The notes below the pieces were generated by a model, which ran no database searches, was not told the DNA's origin, and saw nothing but the letters and a program-made list of their open reading frames with translations. Shown in pieces: positions 17,546-27,016 of a DNA stretch of 64,000 nucleotides. Position 1 is the stretch's first letter. Each line of letters starts with the position of its first letter. The translations under genes and the position numbers were made by a program. Location of the stretch: positions 142,529 to 206,528 of IMG/VR virus record IMGVR_UViG_3300025364_000003; one strand, 5' to 3'.

Positions 17546-20089
17546 ATGAAAGCAATGTCTTCCAAGAACAAAAATAATAATTGGGAAAAGCAATTCCGTG
17601 AACTTGAAAAAAGGGCGGTTAGACATGAACAAATTTTACAAGAGGCTGGTTATGCTGGAGGCCCGAGTTCCGTTGATGGGTCTGCAACTTTCAGGGGAGG
17701 CCCATACGGTTTTGGAGGCGTAAATCAACTGGCTGCTGGTTTGTCTGAGCCGGTAAAGAAGTTGAAAAAACAAAGAGATGAGGAAGCGGTTTATAACATT
17801 GCAAGCCAACAAAGAATAAATCGTGGGTACCCGGCACCACAATCCGTCACAGGATTTCCCGGTGGTGAATCTAATTCCGGCATTCGCTCTGGACAGCATT
17901 TCCCCACAGAAATTGAACCAATAGCAGTTTCTTCCGACGACCTTTCAAAAATGGCTGCTGACGAAGATCCAACAGATGACTATTTTGGCTTTGATGATGA
18001 TGAATTAGAAGACATGAAAGATAGGTCAGACAGAGGGCTGAAAGAATTTGGAGTATCAGGTGCTCAAGGAGCTATGAGAGGTGTTCCTTCAGACAAGAAT
18101 TATCGTGACCTTCCTGGGTGGCCACGTCACAATTCGCTTGAGAAACCCGGCAACTTCGTTCCAGAAATTGAAGGAGACGAAGATGGGGATGGCGAAGAAG
18201 ATGACTACTTGACCGATGAGGAATACGTCAATGACGTGCTGCGTTTGAATGGCATGGGGGTTAAACCCGGTCATCTCAAAAAATTGTTTGGTCAGGGTGG
18301 GCTTGAGGAATCAGCTCTCTATGAGCGCACGCTTTATCATGGAACTGTGATTGATCACAAGGACAGCATAGAGCAGTATGGCCTCACGGGTGAACTTGGA
18401 GACTGGGTAAAAGATGCTTACGGTTTGGAACTGGATGAAGAAGACTGGGAAGAACAACTTGGTGGTATAACTTTCGCTGCTCAAAAGAGCGACATGAGCA
18501 TGGCTGTTGGAGCGATGCGTTTTCACATTGGCAAGAAGCTGGGAAAGTCACTGAGGGATGTAACAATTGAAGATATTCGTCGCTGGGGTATGTTGGTTGT
18601 CATAAAAGATGTCGAAGAAGAAGACGATTCATATGGCGACGGGTGGAAACAGCGTCCACCACATGGGCAAGAAGGCTATTATGATGAATATCCTGTTTCT
18701 GTAGAGCCTGGTGATTGGTTTACTAAAGAACAAGTGTACATCGATCATGTTCTTACAGGTGGTAAACTAATTGACTTCCTTCGTCGACATGGAGCACTCA
18801 GACATGTTACTTCGCAAGTAAAAGAAGACAAAGAAGCAGCTGCACGAAGAGAGTTGATCAAACTTGCAGTTGCTTATCATGATCCCAAGTATCGGGATGA
18901 TATTGTAAATAAAGTAAAGCAGCTGTCTGGGAAAATGCTGCAAAAGCAACTTGAAAACTACAGAGATATTGAAGAAGCACATGAAACCATTGCTCAAAAG
19001 AGAGCGCAAAGATACGGCGGGACTGCGCAAAAGCAGCGAGGACAACAGCTAAAATTTGATTTTGGGGAAGCGCTAAGTTTGAAAAATGTATTTCTAGAAA
19101 CGTATGTTGCTCCCCCCTATGGTCCAGAACCCGACAAAGGAACAGAGCATTACAAGCGTGGGAATTGGGAAGAAACTCCAATAGGAGATGATTGGCTTAT
19201 TAATCCAGTCGATCATTCTGGTGGTCATGCTGAAATGCCAGCAGCAAAACATAGTCCTGGCAGACAAGCTTATGGACAAATAGGTTCTCCTAAAGACTTT
19301 GTACCTGAAGACTGGGAGCAGAGACATTCCAAAACAAAAGAGGAACCAATGGATCCAGAAGAACTGAAAAAATTTATCGAATCTGTTGTTAAGGAAGCAA
19401 TCAGAGAAGAAAGAGTGAACGAAGAAGACTTGGTTGAAGGTTCGAAAAATGAACCAACCAATCCAGAACTTTGGTCTAGGGCAAAAGTAGCAGCAAAGCG
19501 TAAGTATGATGTATATCCGAGCGCTTATGCTAACGCTTACGCTAGTAAATGGTATAAAGACAAAGGTGGTGGCTGGCGCAAAAAGAAAAAACCCAAGAAA
19601 GAATCTCTTGAGAATATCATTCGAAATCTCGTTAAAGAAGAAATGGGCGTTCAAGAAAAAGTTCACAAAGATAGCGGTCTTGGAAAATGGTTTGGAGAAA
19701 AGTGGGTTGATATCTCCAGAAAGAAAAAAAGCGGTGGACATCCTGAATGTGGCGCCTCGGCTGACAAGGGTAAAAGAAAAAGTGATAGTTCAAAAGCATA
19801 CCCAAAGTGCGTGAAGAAGTCAAAGGCGCAATCCATGACCAAAAAGGAAAAAGAAAGTGCTACTCGCCGTAAAAGAGCAAAGCCTAACAAACCTGGAAAG
19901 CCTGACAACACAGCCACAGACAAGACAAAAAAAGAAGCATACACTGGCATTGACGACAAAACAGGTCGTGGAGAACCAAAAGGTGGCAGTAAGGCTTTTC
20001 AAAAAAGTCGTAAAAAAGTTTTTGACTACGATGAAGAACACAAACCCAAGGGAATTGAGGATTTGAAAAATTATCACATGGATGATTAA
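17546..20089 (+). CDS. Large modular protein with an ART-like YHGT domain and conserved basic phage modules
   Basis: 847 aa. RTLYHGTVIDHKDSIEQYGL; internal LKKFIESVVKEAIREE and LENIIRNLVKEE helices; NPELWSRAK..KYDVYPSAYAN and GLGKWFGEKWVDIS..CG..YPKCV modules. Confidence 0.6.
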   Translation: MKAMSSKNKNNNWEKQFRELEKRAVRHEQILQEAGYAGGPSSVDGSATFRGGPYGFGGVNQLAAGLSEPVKKLKKQRDEEAVYNIASQQRINRGYPAPQSVTGFPGGESNSGIRSGQHFPTEIEPIAVSSDDLSKMAADEDPTDDYFGFDDDELEDMKDRSDRGLKEFGVSGAQGAMRGVPSDKNYRDLPGWPRHNSLEKPGNFVPEIEGDEDGDGEEDDYLTDEEYVNDVLRLNGMGVKPGHLKKLFGQGGLEESALYERTLYHGTVIDHKDSIEQYGLTGELGDWVKDAYGLELDEEDWEEQLGGITFAAQKSDMSMAVGAMRFHIGKKLGKSLRDVTIEDIRRWGMLVVIKDVEEEDDSYGDGWKQRPPHGQEGYYDEYPVSVEPGDWFTKEQVYIDHVLTGGKLIDFLRRHGALRHVTSQVKEDKEAAARRELIKLAVAYHDPKYRDDIVNKVKQLSGKMLQKQLENYRDIEEAHETIAQKRAQRYGGTAQKQRGQQLKFDFGEALSLKNVFLETYVAPPYGPEPDKGTEHYKRGNWEETPIGDDWLINPVDHSGGHAEMPAAKHSPGRQAYGQIGSPKDFVPEDWEQRHSKTKEEPMDPEELKKFIESVVKEAIREERVNEEDLVEGSKNEPTNPELWSRAKVAAKRKYDVYPSAYANAYASKWYKDKGGGWRKKKKPKKESLENIIRNLVKEEMGVQEKVHKDSGLGKWFGEKWVDISRKKKSGGHPECGASADKGKRKSDSSKAYPKCVKKSKAQSMTKKEKESATRRKRAKPNKPGKPDNTATDKTKKEAYTGIDDKTGRGEPKGGSKAFQKSRKKVFDYDEEHKPKGIEDLKNYHMDD

Positions 20090-20107
20090 AAAGTTAATCG
20101 CAAGATG

Positions 20108-20135
20108 TTGACAGTCTTCACTGAGTGTTTACCTT
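20108..20135 (+). promoter_or_regulatory. Sigma70-like promoter upstream of HSP20
   Basis: TTGACA (20108-20113), 16 nt, TACCTT (20130-20135). Confidence 0.45.
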
Positions 20136-20177
20136 ACAGCTGTCACAAGAGTGACAACATTTTTAGGAGGAAACATT

Positions 20178-20606
20178 ATGGGACTTTTAGCAAGAAAAAA
20201 CCTTAATTCTGTTAACCCAATTTTTAATGATAGCTTTTTTGATGATTTCTTTAGAGATCCTTGGGGTGTTTCCCTTGCTCGCCCCAACTATTCAAACGTT
20301 GCTCGATACCCAATTAGGCGTCTAAGAACTGACAATGGAACGTTTAAAGTAGAATTTGATGTTCCAGGCGCCGGAAAAGATGACATCGAAATTCATTATG
20401 ATGAAGAAACTGGTATTCTCACCGTCTCCTCTAAGACAGAGGAAAATTCCAAAGAGTTGGAAACGAGTCGCACATTTAGCTACCAAGTTTCGGCCTATGA
20501 TCTAGATACCGAAACCATAGAAGCTACCTGCGACAAAGGAATATTGACTATAATAGGCAAGCCTATAACAAAGCAGCTGACCCGAAAGCGAATTGAGATC
20601 AAGTAA
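20178..20606 (+). CDS. Small heat-shock protein (HSP20/alpha-crystallin)
   Basis: AGGAGG SD before ATG 20178; FDVPGAGKDDIEI, GILTV, TFSY, ATCDKGILTI. Confidence 0.88.
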   Translation: MGLLARKNLNSVNPIFNDSFFDDFFRDPWGVSLARPNYSNVARYPIRRLRTDNGTFKVEFDVPGAGKDDIEIHYDEETGILTVSSKTEENSKELETSRTFSYQVSAYDLDTETIEATCDKGILTIIGKPITKQLTRKRIEIK

Positions 20607-20637
20607 AAAAAAGCCCCCGATTACGGGGGCTTTTTTT
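20605..20637. terminator. Bidirectional intrinsic terminator
   Basis: A-run, GCCCCCG-ATTA-CGGGGGC, T7; lies between convergent genes. Confidence 0.85.
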
Positions 20638-20662
20638 ATTTATACACCTGTCTCTGTTGTGA

Positions 20663-21163
20663 TTACCAGTTGATTTTGAAAGACTGCCAACCTCTGTTAG
20701 GAACACGAGCTGGCTTTGACTTTTCATTTAAGCCAAGAACTGCCTTCTCTTCCTCGGTTAGCTTTGCAAGGGCATTTTTCCTGAGCTTTTCTTTTCTTTC
20801 TTTTTCGGCTCTAATCTTAGCCTGGCGTTCTTTTTCAGCTTTCTCTTTTGCTCTCTTTTCGGCTGTAGTGTCAAGTTCAGCTAGCTTTATGATCCGAAAC
20901 CCAAACTTTCCTTCTTTTTTCAATTTTTTCAGACGGTTGTAAACCCCTTTTTCAACATCTTTGACAAAAGGGTCGCCATATGGTCGAGAATAACATTCGG
21001 GAGTTACACCAGAAGGGTTTCTCCTTCTCACTTCTGCCCAGTAATTTTCGACGAAAGTTTTAGAATCATCAACTGAAAGATGAACGGTATAGCCATCAGG
21101 GCGCTGCCCCCATCCACTTTCAGACTCAAGCCATTCTTGAAGAACAACGGGGAAAGTAGTCAT
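20663..21163 (-). CDS. Hypothetical protein
   Basis: 166-aa ORF with GGAGG SD (ESESGWGQRPDG motif, K/E/A-rich helix). Confidence 0.7.
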   Translation of the reverse strand: MTTFPVVLQEWLESESGWGQRPDGYTVHLSVDDSKTFVENYWAEVRRRNPSGVTPECYSRPYGDPFVKDVEKGVYNRLKKLKKEGKFGFRIIKLAELDTTAEKRAKEKAEKERQAKIRAEKERKEKLRKNALAKLTEEEKAVLGLNEKSKPARVPNRGWQSFKINW

Positions 21164-21183
21164 ATCTGCCTCCTAATTTTAGT

Positions 21184-21567
21184 TTAGCTGCACCAGACAG
21201 GTCTGTAAACTACTCGAAACCATTTCTTAAATTCTTTTAGCGTTGCTTCAACATAAATGTACTCTTCTTTAAGAATTTTGAATCTGAAATGATCACGTCC
21301 ACGTCGTGACGGCTGAACATCCAAATACATAAACAACTCCCCCTTTAAAAGGGCCGCTTCTTTTCCAGAACCAAGCTCTACTCCAATTAGGTCGTTTTCT
21401 ATTTGAATCAACGCACCTGGACTTAATAGCAACGGGTCACGCACTGGCAAAAGAAAACAATCCACAAATATAACTATTTCTTTAGATGTGAACCAATTAT
21501 ATATCAACATAAGTGATAAATTGAGATGATTGTTTCTCAAGCTATTACAAACTAACATTAGGAGCAA
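21184..21567 (-). CDS. Hypothetical protein (start uncertain)
   Basis: 127-aa ORF filling the gap on the minus strand. Confidence 0.45.
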   Translation of the reverse strand: MLLMLVCNSLRNNHLNLSLMLIYNWFTSKEIVIFVDCFLLPVRDPLLLSPGALIQIENDLIGVELGSGKEAALLKGELFMYLDVQPSRRGRDHFRFKILKEEYIYVEATLKEFKKWFRVVYRPVWCS

Positions 21568-21570
21568 TTA

Positions 21571-22089
21571 ATGGAAGATTGGGAAAAAAAATATTGGGCA
21601 CAAAAAATGCAACAGCTCCAAAAAAATCCTCAGGAACTACCACATCATGAGCCGGCACACATAGCTCAAGATAGACAAAGGGCGCAACAAGCTGGAAATC
21701 ATTGGAGAGAAATTGATCCTCTTACGGCCATGTATGCTAATCAACAGGGCATGACGTCTAGGGGAATGGGTCCTCAGGTGCAAGTTGTTCATTTACGTGA
21801 AGGGGTAGTCTACTACAAGAAAGTAGATGTAGAAGGATTTGGCACTACAATGCCAATGGTTCGCTCATGTGGACCAGCAGTAGGCGTTGTTGGAAGGGAA
21901 TTTGAAATGCGCCAAGAATGTCATTGTTATCTTATTGACAATCTTGAAGTTGTTGATCTTGGAAATGTAAACCCACAAAAGATGTTAAAATTAGTTGAGG
22001 TTCGGGCACCATTCATTGGAACTATTTTGGTTGAAAGTAGTGCAGTTGTTGCACCTGGAGACAGGGGACCAAAAATTCTCAAAGGATAA
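21571..22089 (+). CDS. Hypothetical protein
   Basis: 172-aa ORF with AGGAG SD. Confidence 0.65.
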   Translation: MEDWEKKYWAQKMQQLQKNPQELPHHEPAHIAQDRQRAQQAGNHWREIDPLTAMYANQQGMTSRGMGPQVQVVHLREGVVYYKKVDVEGFGTTMPMVRSCGPAVGVVGREFEMRQECHCYLIDNLEVVDLGNVNPQKMLKLVEVRAPFIGTILVESSAVVAPGDRGPKILKG

Positions 22090-22395
22090 CAAGGATTATG
22101 TCTATCTTTCGTATCTGATGTGAAGTCAAGCTCCGGAAACATCATTATAGAGTAAAAGAAGCACTGTTCCTTGCGAGTGAAATTCGTTGGGAGAATATAG
22201 AACGTTGGTCAATTTGAAGTTGTATGTATTTGCAAATACAAATAAGTGATGTCTTTTAATAAAAATCCCGGATTGTCTCTATAGAATACAAGATCCATTT
22301 TTGGCTGTAAACCAAATAATATCAAGAAAGACCGACAATAATCCTGCAAAATTTGAGATTACTACTTATGCTTAAGTTTACCAGGACCGGAACCA

Positions 22396-24366
22396 ATGAC
22401 ATCAAATTTTCCAATTTTATTAGATGATTTTCCAAATCCGTCAGGCAGTACATTTTTGTCTGCTACGGGTGCATTGGGTCACGCTGCACAACATACCAAT
22501 ATGAATGATGCCATTGAGGCCATTCAAACACGTATTGGTGTAACGGGTTCAACGGTAAACACGAGTCTTGACTATGAAGTTCACAATGTCGATCACGGTC
22601 ATGATCATGATGGTATCAACTCAAGACCAATTGCTTTAGGCACCAGCGGTTCAGGTTGTACATTTGAAGATGGTTTGTTTGATTTTACAGTTTTCACACG
22701 AGCCGGTGAGGCAATTTGTAAAATAAACGAAATTCTAAAATCACTTGCGCCATCACCAGCACCCAATCTTGATGATCTTGGAGTTGTGGATACGGGCACG
22801 GCTGGCATTTTATCGTTTGGCAATACCCAAGGGGTGTCTGGATATGCGAATGTAACTGGAACTGGTTCTTTGCCAGCTGTCGATATCAACGATTTATATT
22901 CCGTGTCTTCTTTTTCGGGTGATCTTAGACGTGGATTGTTCAACAATTCTACGACGATAAATGGAATTTTGAATGATGACGTCGCCGCCGATCTTCCAAA
23001 CTATCCTGGCAATGCTTTTGGAAACGCCGACCAAGGGATACTTCGGCTTGTTCTAAACGGAGCAACCTTGGTAACCATGAGTCTAACCTCTACTTCTTCA
23101 TCCATAACATCCTCTACAGCCGATGGAAGTTTTTTAGCCGTCTCTTCATTGCAGACAGGAAGTTTTTCCAATGGTGACCCTTTTACACTATTCAAACATA
23201 GAACAGGTGTGTGGTCAGTTGATCCTGGCGACCAAAGAAACGGATGGAATGTTGCTCGTGTTTTTCATGAAATTGGTGGGACCTCTACCGAAACAAACAG
23301 GGTGGCCTGGGTTGTTGACGACAATCCTGCTGCTCCCACTGCACCGTCAGGTTCCTTACATACGTTGAACCTTACAGGGTTAAAATATCTCACAGGGGTA
23401 AAATACTTTACTGGTGGATCAGCTCTTTACAACACAGCTATTTCTGGAGCGTATAGAAATGCATACTCTTCAGGAAACGCTGTTACTTTTACCAATTCTA
23501 CCAATATATCTTTTAGTTCACAACCTTTGTCTTCTATTGTTGTCGGTCTCGAAGATGAAAACAAAGTAGAGGTAATCACAAACAAGGCTGGCACAATCAC
23601 AGCAGCCAAACTCTTACCAGGAACCATTACTGCGAGAGTTAACTGCACCAAGCCTATTGGTCCAAATCTCACAAACGGGGGAGTTTCGAGCATAGGTGAA
23701 ATATTCTTAAACAGTCAAGCTGCAAACAGCACCGTTTTAAGAGATAGATTTAGAGATGAAAATTTTAGACTTGAGGTTGCTGATTACGATCTTCAAGCAG
23801 ATATTCCAGCTTCTGGTTGGGATAGCACCACCAATCGTTCTGGTTCTTCAGCTCTTCCGTTAGTCGTTTTCGATGAGTGCTTAAGAGCACTTCCCGGTCT
23901 TCCGGACAGTGGCGGAGGGAATGGAGATTTCAGTGGGTTTGCCAATGGCCCATCGGCCAATGTGGACTATAGTGATTTCTCTGGTTCCCTAACATATTAC
24001 CGTGAGTTTATAAACAACACTGGTGGTTCAAGATCAAATTTTGATTTACAAATAACTGGCTCTGGCACTTGGAGCACTGGAAGTGCAGTTTTGGGTGCTA
24101 ATAATAGATTTTTGGTGGAGGTAAAATTACCAGAGAAAACAGGTTGGAACGTCTATACTCCGTTTCAAAAGGTTGGTGATCCGCAGATTCCAAATGATGG
24201 AGCAGGAATTTTAAATGGATCGTTTGATGAAACACTTCCTGCTGCAAACAAAGGAACGTTTGGCACCATATTTGTAGCGGACGGCAACTACATCGTTGTA
24301 AGAATAACCGCCAATGCACAGTGGTCTGGAGAAATCTGTGACATGAGATTGGTGTGGACGTCATAA
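22396..24366 (+). CDS. Putative tail/fibre-associated structural protein
   Basis: 656 aa, S/G/T-rich. N-terminal NFP..LD..NP...HAAQHTNMNDAIEAIQTRIG is typical of phage fibre attachment segments. Confidence 0.65.
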   Translation: MTSNFPILLDDFPNPSGSTFLSATGALGHAAQHTNMNDAIEAIQTRIGVTGSTVNTSLDYEVHNVDHGHDHDGINSRPIALGTSGSGCTFEDGLFDFTVFTRAGEAICKINEILKSLAPSPAPNLDDLGVVDTGTAGILSFGNTQGVSGYANVTGTGSLPAVDINDLYSVSSFSGDLRRGLFNNSTTINGILNDDVAADLPNYPGNAFGNADQGILRLVLNGATLVTMSLTSTSSSITSSTADGSFLAVSSLQTGSFSNGDPFTLFKHRTGVWSVDPGDQRNGWNVARVFHEIGGTSTETNRVAWVVDDNPAAPTAPSGSLHTLNLTGLKYLTGVKYFTGGSALYNTAISGAYRNAYSSGNAVTFTNSTNISFSSQPLSSIVVGLEDENKVEVITNKAGTITAAKLLPGTITARVNCTKPIGPNLTNGGVSSIGEIFLNSQAANSTVLRDRFRDENFRLEVADYDLQADIPASGWDSTTNRSGSSALPLVVFDECLRALPGLPDSGGGNGDFSGFANGPSANVDYSDFSGSLTYYREFINNTGGSRSNFDLQITGSGTWSTGSAVLGANNRFLVEVKLPEKTGWNVYTPFQKVGDPQIPNDGAGILNGSFDETLPAANKGTFGTIFVADGNYIVVRITANAQWSGEICDMRLVWTS

Positions 24367-24382
24367 AAGGTAAGGTATCTAA

Positions 24383-25447
24383 ATGTCTCTAAACCAGGCA
24401 CTGATTGCTTTCAAGAAGCTCTTCAATAGGCCACATACGTCCAATGATAAACAATTGCTGGCTAACGAAGGTTATTTTGTAGGCTTTCAACAAGACACTT
24501 CTACCATTTTTGCAGAGCGACCTCCGGCAAACCCGCCGGGTAGTCCTTTCCAAGTAAACACAGGTTCGTTTTATGCTAATGATGGCACCACTGAAAAGGT
24601 TAGACTAACTTTAGAATTTGTTTCGGGAACTGACACTTCTAATGGTAGACACGGTTTCCAGGCAAAATTACCTTCCGACTATGAAACCAGTTCTTCCAAT
24701 CCAAAAGCTGGAACCGGTTTTTTTGTTAATAATCAAGTTCTACAGTTCACAACCGGTTCTGTGCAAATTGTTACAGAATTTGTTGGTGGTTCAGGGTACC
24801 AGGCACTTCTACGAAATAAAAATTTGCAACAAATTCCGTTGCTTGATCCCAGAGAATGGATTCTTTATGAGTTTGGTGGTTTAATTTATCAAGAAACGCC
24901 GCCAGCCGTTGGTCCGACAAATGAAAACCCAGGGTTTTTAGATTGTTGGATTTATATCGGCGACATGGCTTCAGATGTAACCAGTTCGGTTTCTGCATCT
25001 GGAATTACAACTAGAATTAATGGCACGAACCTCACTACCAATACGCAAGTTATTAATATAAGCGGCTCAATTGTTTCTGCATCGGTCACAGGCGGAACTG
25101 ATGTAACTTATGCTTTTGATGCTCTAAAAGCTGATGACAGAGTTCACATACTTTTGTCTGACGGTGGACCTTTTGAAAAGTATCTTTCCGGTTCCTTCAG
25201 GGAGGCAATTTATATTAATAAAATTTTCCCTTCAGCTTCTGTTTGGTATGAGGATAGCTCTAAAACAAAAAAAATTGTTGAGAAGATTTGGTCATATAAT
25301 TCAAACAAAACTGTGAATACGATAGTCAGGAACGTATATGCTACTGATGGTACAACAATTCTAACAACCGCTACCGACGCAATTACCTATGGCAGTGGCT
25401 CTGTTCCACCTATTGCAGAAGTAAGTCGCATAAGAAATATTACATAG
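24383..25447 (+). CDS. Putative virion structural protein
   Basis: 354 aa in the same operon; beta-rich composition. Confidence 0.55.
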   Translation: MSLNQALIAFKKLFNRPHTSNDKQLLANEGYFVGFQQDTSTIFAERPPANPPGSPFQVNTGSFYANDGTTEKVRLTLEFVSGTDTSNGRHGFQAKLPSDYETSSSNPKAGTGFFVNNQVLQFTTGSVQIVTEFVGGSGYQALLRNKNLQQIPLLDPREWILYEFGGLIYQETPPAVGPTNENPGFLDCWIYIGDMASDVTSSVSASGITTRINGTNLTTNTQVINISGSIVSASVTGGTDVTYAFDALKADDRVHILLSDGGPFEKYLSGSFREAIYINKIFPSASVWYEDSSKTKKIVEKIWSYNSNKTVNTIVRNVYATDGTTILTTATDAITYGSGSVPPIAEVSRIRNIT

Positions 25448-25485
25448 AACAATATACTTAAGACCAACGCAGTAAAGGTAAAAAC

Positions 25486-26343
25486 ATGAGTCTAGAATCA
25501 CCATTTTCAGTTTTGTTTGATTCCGAAGGAACAGAGCTTGCGGTAACCGCAAGTCAGTCTGGTTCATTCTTGGACGGCACACAGCCAGGATTTTTGGTTA
25601 TGGGTTCTGGTTCCAATGGAGCACAGTTCCTCAGACTGGCAAGCGATGGTGCTCTTTTTATTACTGGTCAAGTAACTGACACAGTCGATATTACAGGTGC
25701 GTTGCTTATTACAGGTGCAGTTGCACAGGGCGACGCCGGCTCTATACCTGAATCGTGGTACGTTAGAATCACTGACGGCACTCAGGTTATTGGCGATAGT
25801 TTTTCTACTCCGATTTTTGTTACCGGATCTGTTCTTGCTGAATTGGATGGAGCTACTTTTGACGGAGGCGCTCTTCTTGTTACTGGTAATCTTGCACTGG
25901 ATCCAAATTCTGTCGTTGTTGTTTCTGGTAACAACTATGATGCAGATGGCAATCTTCTTGTTGCTCTTTCAGGCGTTGCAGTTTTCAATGAACATCTACA
26001 GGTCACAGGTACTGTAAATGTCGTAGAACCTGTAACAGTTACCGGCTCCGTTTCCACAACACCTGTAAAGTGTCCCAACACGACAGTTACAGGATTTGAT
26101 GCTAATACTACATCAGTTACAGTTCTTGCAACAAATACTGCCCGCTGTGGTGCAACATTCTTCATGGATGGAAACTCTCGGGCATTTATCAAGCTCGGCA
26201 CAGGCGCCTCTACAACCGATTTCTCGATTCTGCTAAGAAATAATGGTTATTTTGAACTTCCAGCGAGTTACACCGGAGAAGTTTCAGCAGTTTTCAACAA
26301 TAACGCAAACAACACATTGAGGATTACAGAAATCACAGAATGA
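25486..26343 (+). CDS. Putative virion structural protein with V.VTGS-type repeats
   Basis: 285 aa; repeated ITG/VTG strands. Confidence 0.55.
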   Translation: MSLESPFSVLFDSEGTELAVTASQSGSFLDGTQPGFLVMGSGSNGAQFLRLASDGALFITGQVTDTVDITGALLITGAVAQGDAGSIPESWYVRITDGTQVIGDSFSTPIFVTGSVLAELDGATFDGGALLVTGNLALDPNSVVVVSGNNYDADGNLLVALSGVAVFNEHLQVTGTVNVVEPVTVTGSVSTTPVKCPNTTVTGFDANTTSVTVLATNTARCGATFFMDGNSRAFIKLGTGASTTDFSILLRNNGYFELPASYTGEVSAVFNNNANNTLRITEITE

Positions 26344-26363
26344 TAGCACTATAAGTTTGAAAC

Positions 26364-26391
26364 AAAAAGCCACGTCTAACGTGGCTTTTTT
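26364..26391. terminator. Bidirectional intrinsic terminator
   Basis: AAAAAGCCACG-TCTAA-CGTGGCTTTTT between convergent genes. Confidence 0.8.
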
Positions 26392-26989
26392 ATTTAACTA
26401 ATTCAATTTCTATTTGAACCTCTGGAAATTCTTCCACAAGTTTTTCCGCAGCTTGTACATTAAACAGATTGTCATCGAAGAATCGTAGAATTTTTATATT
26501 TCCTTGTTGAAGCTTACCCCTCAGATATGCTTGTTTTCTTGCAGCGTTTAGCTCACCAACATCACCCGTAGGCGTGAAATCTCCAACTGCTACAACTTCA
26601 ACGTCCGGCATTCCTTGTTGGGATATGAATTCAATAATTTCATTGGCCGCTGGTCGTGCAGTACAAATAGAAACCCCGTAAGGTCCTAGACGCTTGTAGT
26701 CGGCTTTCATTCGATCAAAATGAGGTAAAGTAACAGGATTTAAAATAACTCCAAAGTCTGATAAATCAAATTCTTCATCATCCTTAAGATGATATTCATG
26801 AAATTCGTGCGGCGATAGTTCTCTTGTTTTACCAGTTGTCTTATTTATTAAGTGAACAGTGCCTTCTGTACTGCAAAGTGTATCGTCAAAATCATAAACA
26901 TTTAGCTCATTTGGTGCGTTATCAAATATTTCTCTCAATATTTTACTTGCATATTCTTTGATCAATATTTCTAATCTGGGCTTTGACAT
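26390..26989 (-). CDS. HAD-superfamily phosphatase with N-terminal leader helix
   Basis: Motif I YDFDDTL (DxDxT), motif II CTAR, motif IV FFDDN; leader LEILIKEYASKILRE. Confidence 0.8.
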   Translation of the reverse strand: MSKPRLEILIKEYASKILREIFDNAPNELNVYDFDDTLCSTEGTVHLINKTTGKTRELSPHEFHEYHLKDDEEFDLSDFGVILNPVTLPHFDRMKADYKRLGPYGVSICTARPAANEIIEFISQQGMPDVEVVAVGDFTPTGDVGELNAARKQAYLRGKLQQGNIKILRFFDDNLFNVQAAEKLVEEFPEVQIEIELVK

Positions 26990-27016
26990 ATTTTCATCCT
27001 AATTATCTCTGATGCT

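Noticed and set aside
22090-22360. Possible ORF or ncRNA in the ~270-nt gap
   Set aside because: Only short minus-strand frames with no SD or motif, and no convincing structure by eye.
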